64,000 nt of DNA from NCBI RefSeq assembly GCF_006345805.1, contig NC_043003.1, positions 2,356,001 through 2,420,000 on the forward strand, in the 5' to 3' direction. Within the stretch, counting starts at the first letter, position 1; the number at the start of each line of letters is the position of its first letter. The position numbers and the translations under genes are program-made. A model generated the notes under the pieces. It was not told the DNA's origin. It did not search any database and was given only the letters and a program-made list of their open reading frames with translations. Positions 63,140 to 64,000 of the stretch are shown here, piece by piece. Source of the DNA: Octopus sinensis (lineage: Eukaryota).

Positions 63140-64000
63140 TTCTTCACTACTTCAGGGAGTGACGACCCTGCCTGACACGAGTTCCGGGCTCAGCTGGCTC
63201 CGGCTGACAGTACCCGGTATGGGCCCCTATCCAGGGTTACGGAAAGGAGACAACCTTCAATGAAATCCGGAGTGGAGCCCCGAAGGCGGTCTAGTGTTCG
63301 ATTCGACACTCTTCCGGCAGCTCCTGCAACCAAGCTGGTGCCAAACGTAATGCACTGCACTCCACTGGACTACATCAGCAAGGTCGAGAGAGGAAACCTG
63401 ACGATTGGGCTACCCAGGACTTTCTTATCTATAGCCCAGGCCTGCGCAAAACTGGAGAGGACACTTCAGTGCTGCTGTAAAAAGCTGCAGAAACAACATG
63501 GGAGGTAACAGTTACGAGTGATAAGTCCATTCAGATTGGCGTAAAATATGGACGCTACGGGTTACCTCTGCTGGTGGGAGGGACTTCGTGTCCTATTGGT
63601 TAGCTACTGCCCACCTCAAGCTGGGCAGCCCCCAGTTAATAAGGTGCTGACCCGCCACAAGCCGCCTGTTCCATTGGGTGCTTGGAGCTAAGAGTACGAC
63701 TCGAAAAGCGGCCTGCAACCTCTGCACCAGGCAAGCAACTAAAATTCAAAAAACACCAGTTCTGCAGTTGGCAAGCTGGAATGTCAGGACCATGTGTCCT
63801 GGAATATCTGACGATCTTCTCAGTATTGAAGACACAAGGAAAACGGCCATCATTGACCGTGAACTAAGAGGCTCAACATAGATATTGCTGGGCTGCAGGA
63901 GACAAGACTTCCCTCAAATGGCAGACTCAAAGAGCAGGACTTCACCTTCTTTTGGCAGGGAAGAGATCCAGAAGAACCTCGTCAACATGGCGTTGGCTTT
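63140..64000 (+). mobile_element. 5' end of an RTE-clade LINE (5' UTR plus start of the AP endonuclease), running off the window
   Basis: LQLASWNVRTM..IDREL/RLNIDIAGLQETRL..FTFFWQG..HGVGF with one frameshift near 63870. Confidence 0.9.

Noticed and set aside
63199-63209. CCGGCTGAC shared between the 134-bp unit and the RTE 5' UTR
   Set aside because: A 9-mer match with no flanking similarity is compatible with chance.

Overview
Repeat-dense eukaryotic genomic DNA. The SINE/LINE repertoire and the TA/AAT/GAT microsatellite load look like a cephalopod, probably an octopus (inference, not a database match). No complete host gene is recognisable; there are only a CpG-retaining promoter-like island near 37.3-38.5 kb and a few candidate exons. 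Most of the window is transposon debris: RTE, CR1/L2-like, R4/Dong-like and HERO-like LINE fragments, Mariner remnants, MITEs, one precisely inserted Helitron, several tRNA-derived SINE families, and Penelope-like elements (PLEs; Neptune-type RT and GIY-YIG, Poseidon-type GIY-YIG tails). The main signal is RNA structure. At least five unrelated sequence families carry type I hammerhead ribozyme (HHR) folds, plus one decayed copy. They sit in fold-back (inverted) insertions, most abutting (TA)n tracts. They include two non-coding ~450-490 bp terminally redundant retrozyme-like units, unusual core variants (CCGAAGA core; U.U at the base of stem II; 58-92 nt loop II inserts), and a PLE terminal repeat that joins a tRNA-like Pol III cassette to an HHR. 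A 10-copy 134-bp tandem array, each unit with a 3' splice-acceptor-like signal, lies near the right end. All folds were derived by eye and none has been tested.
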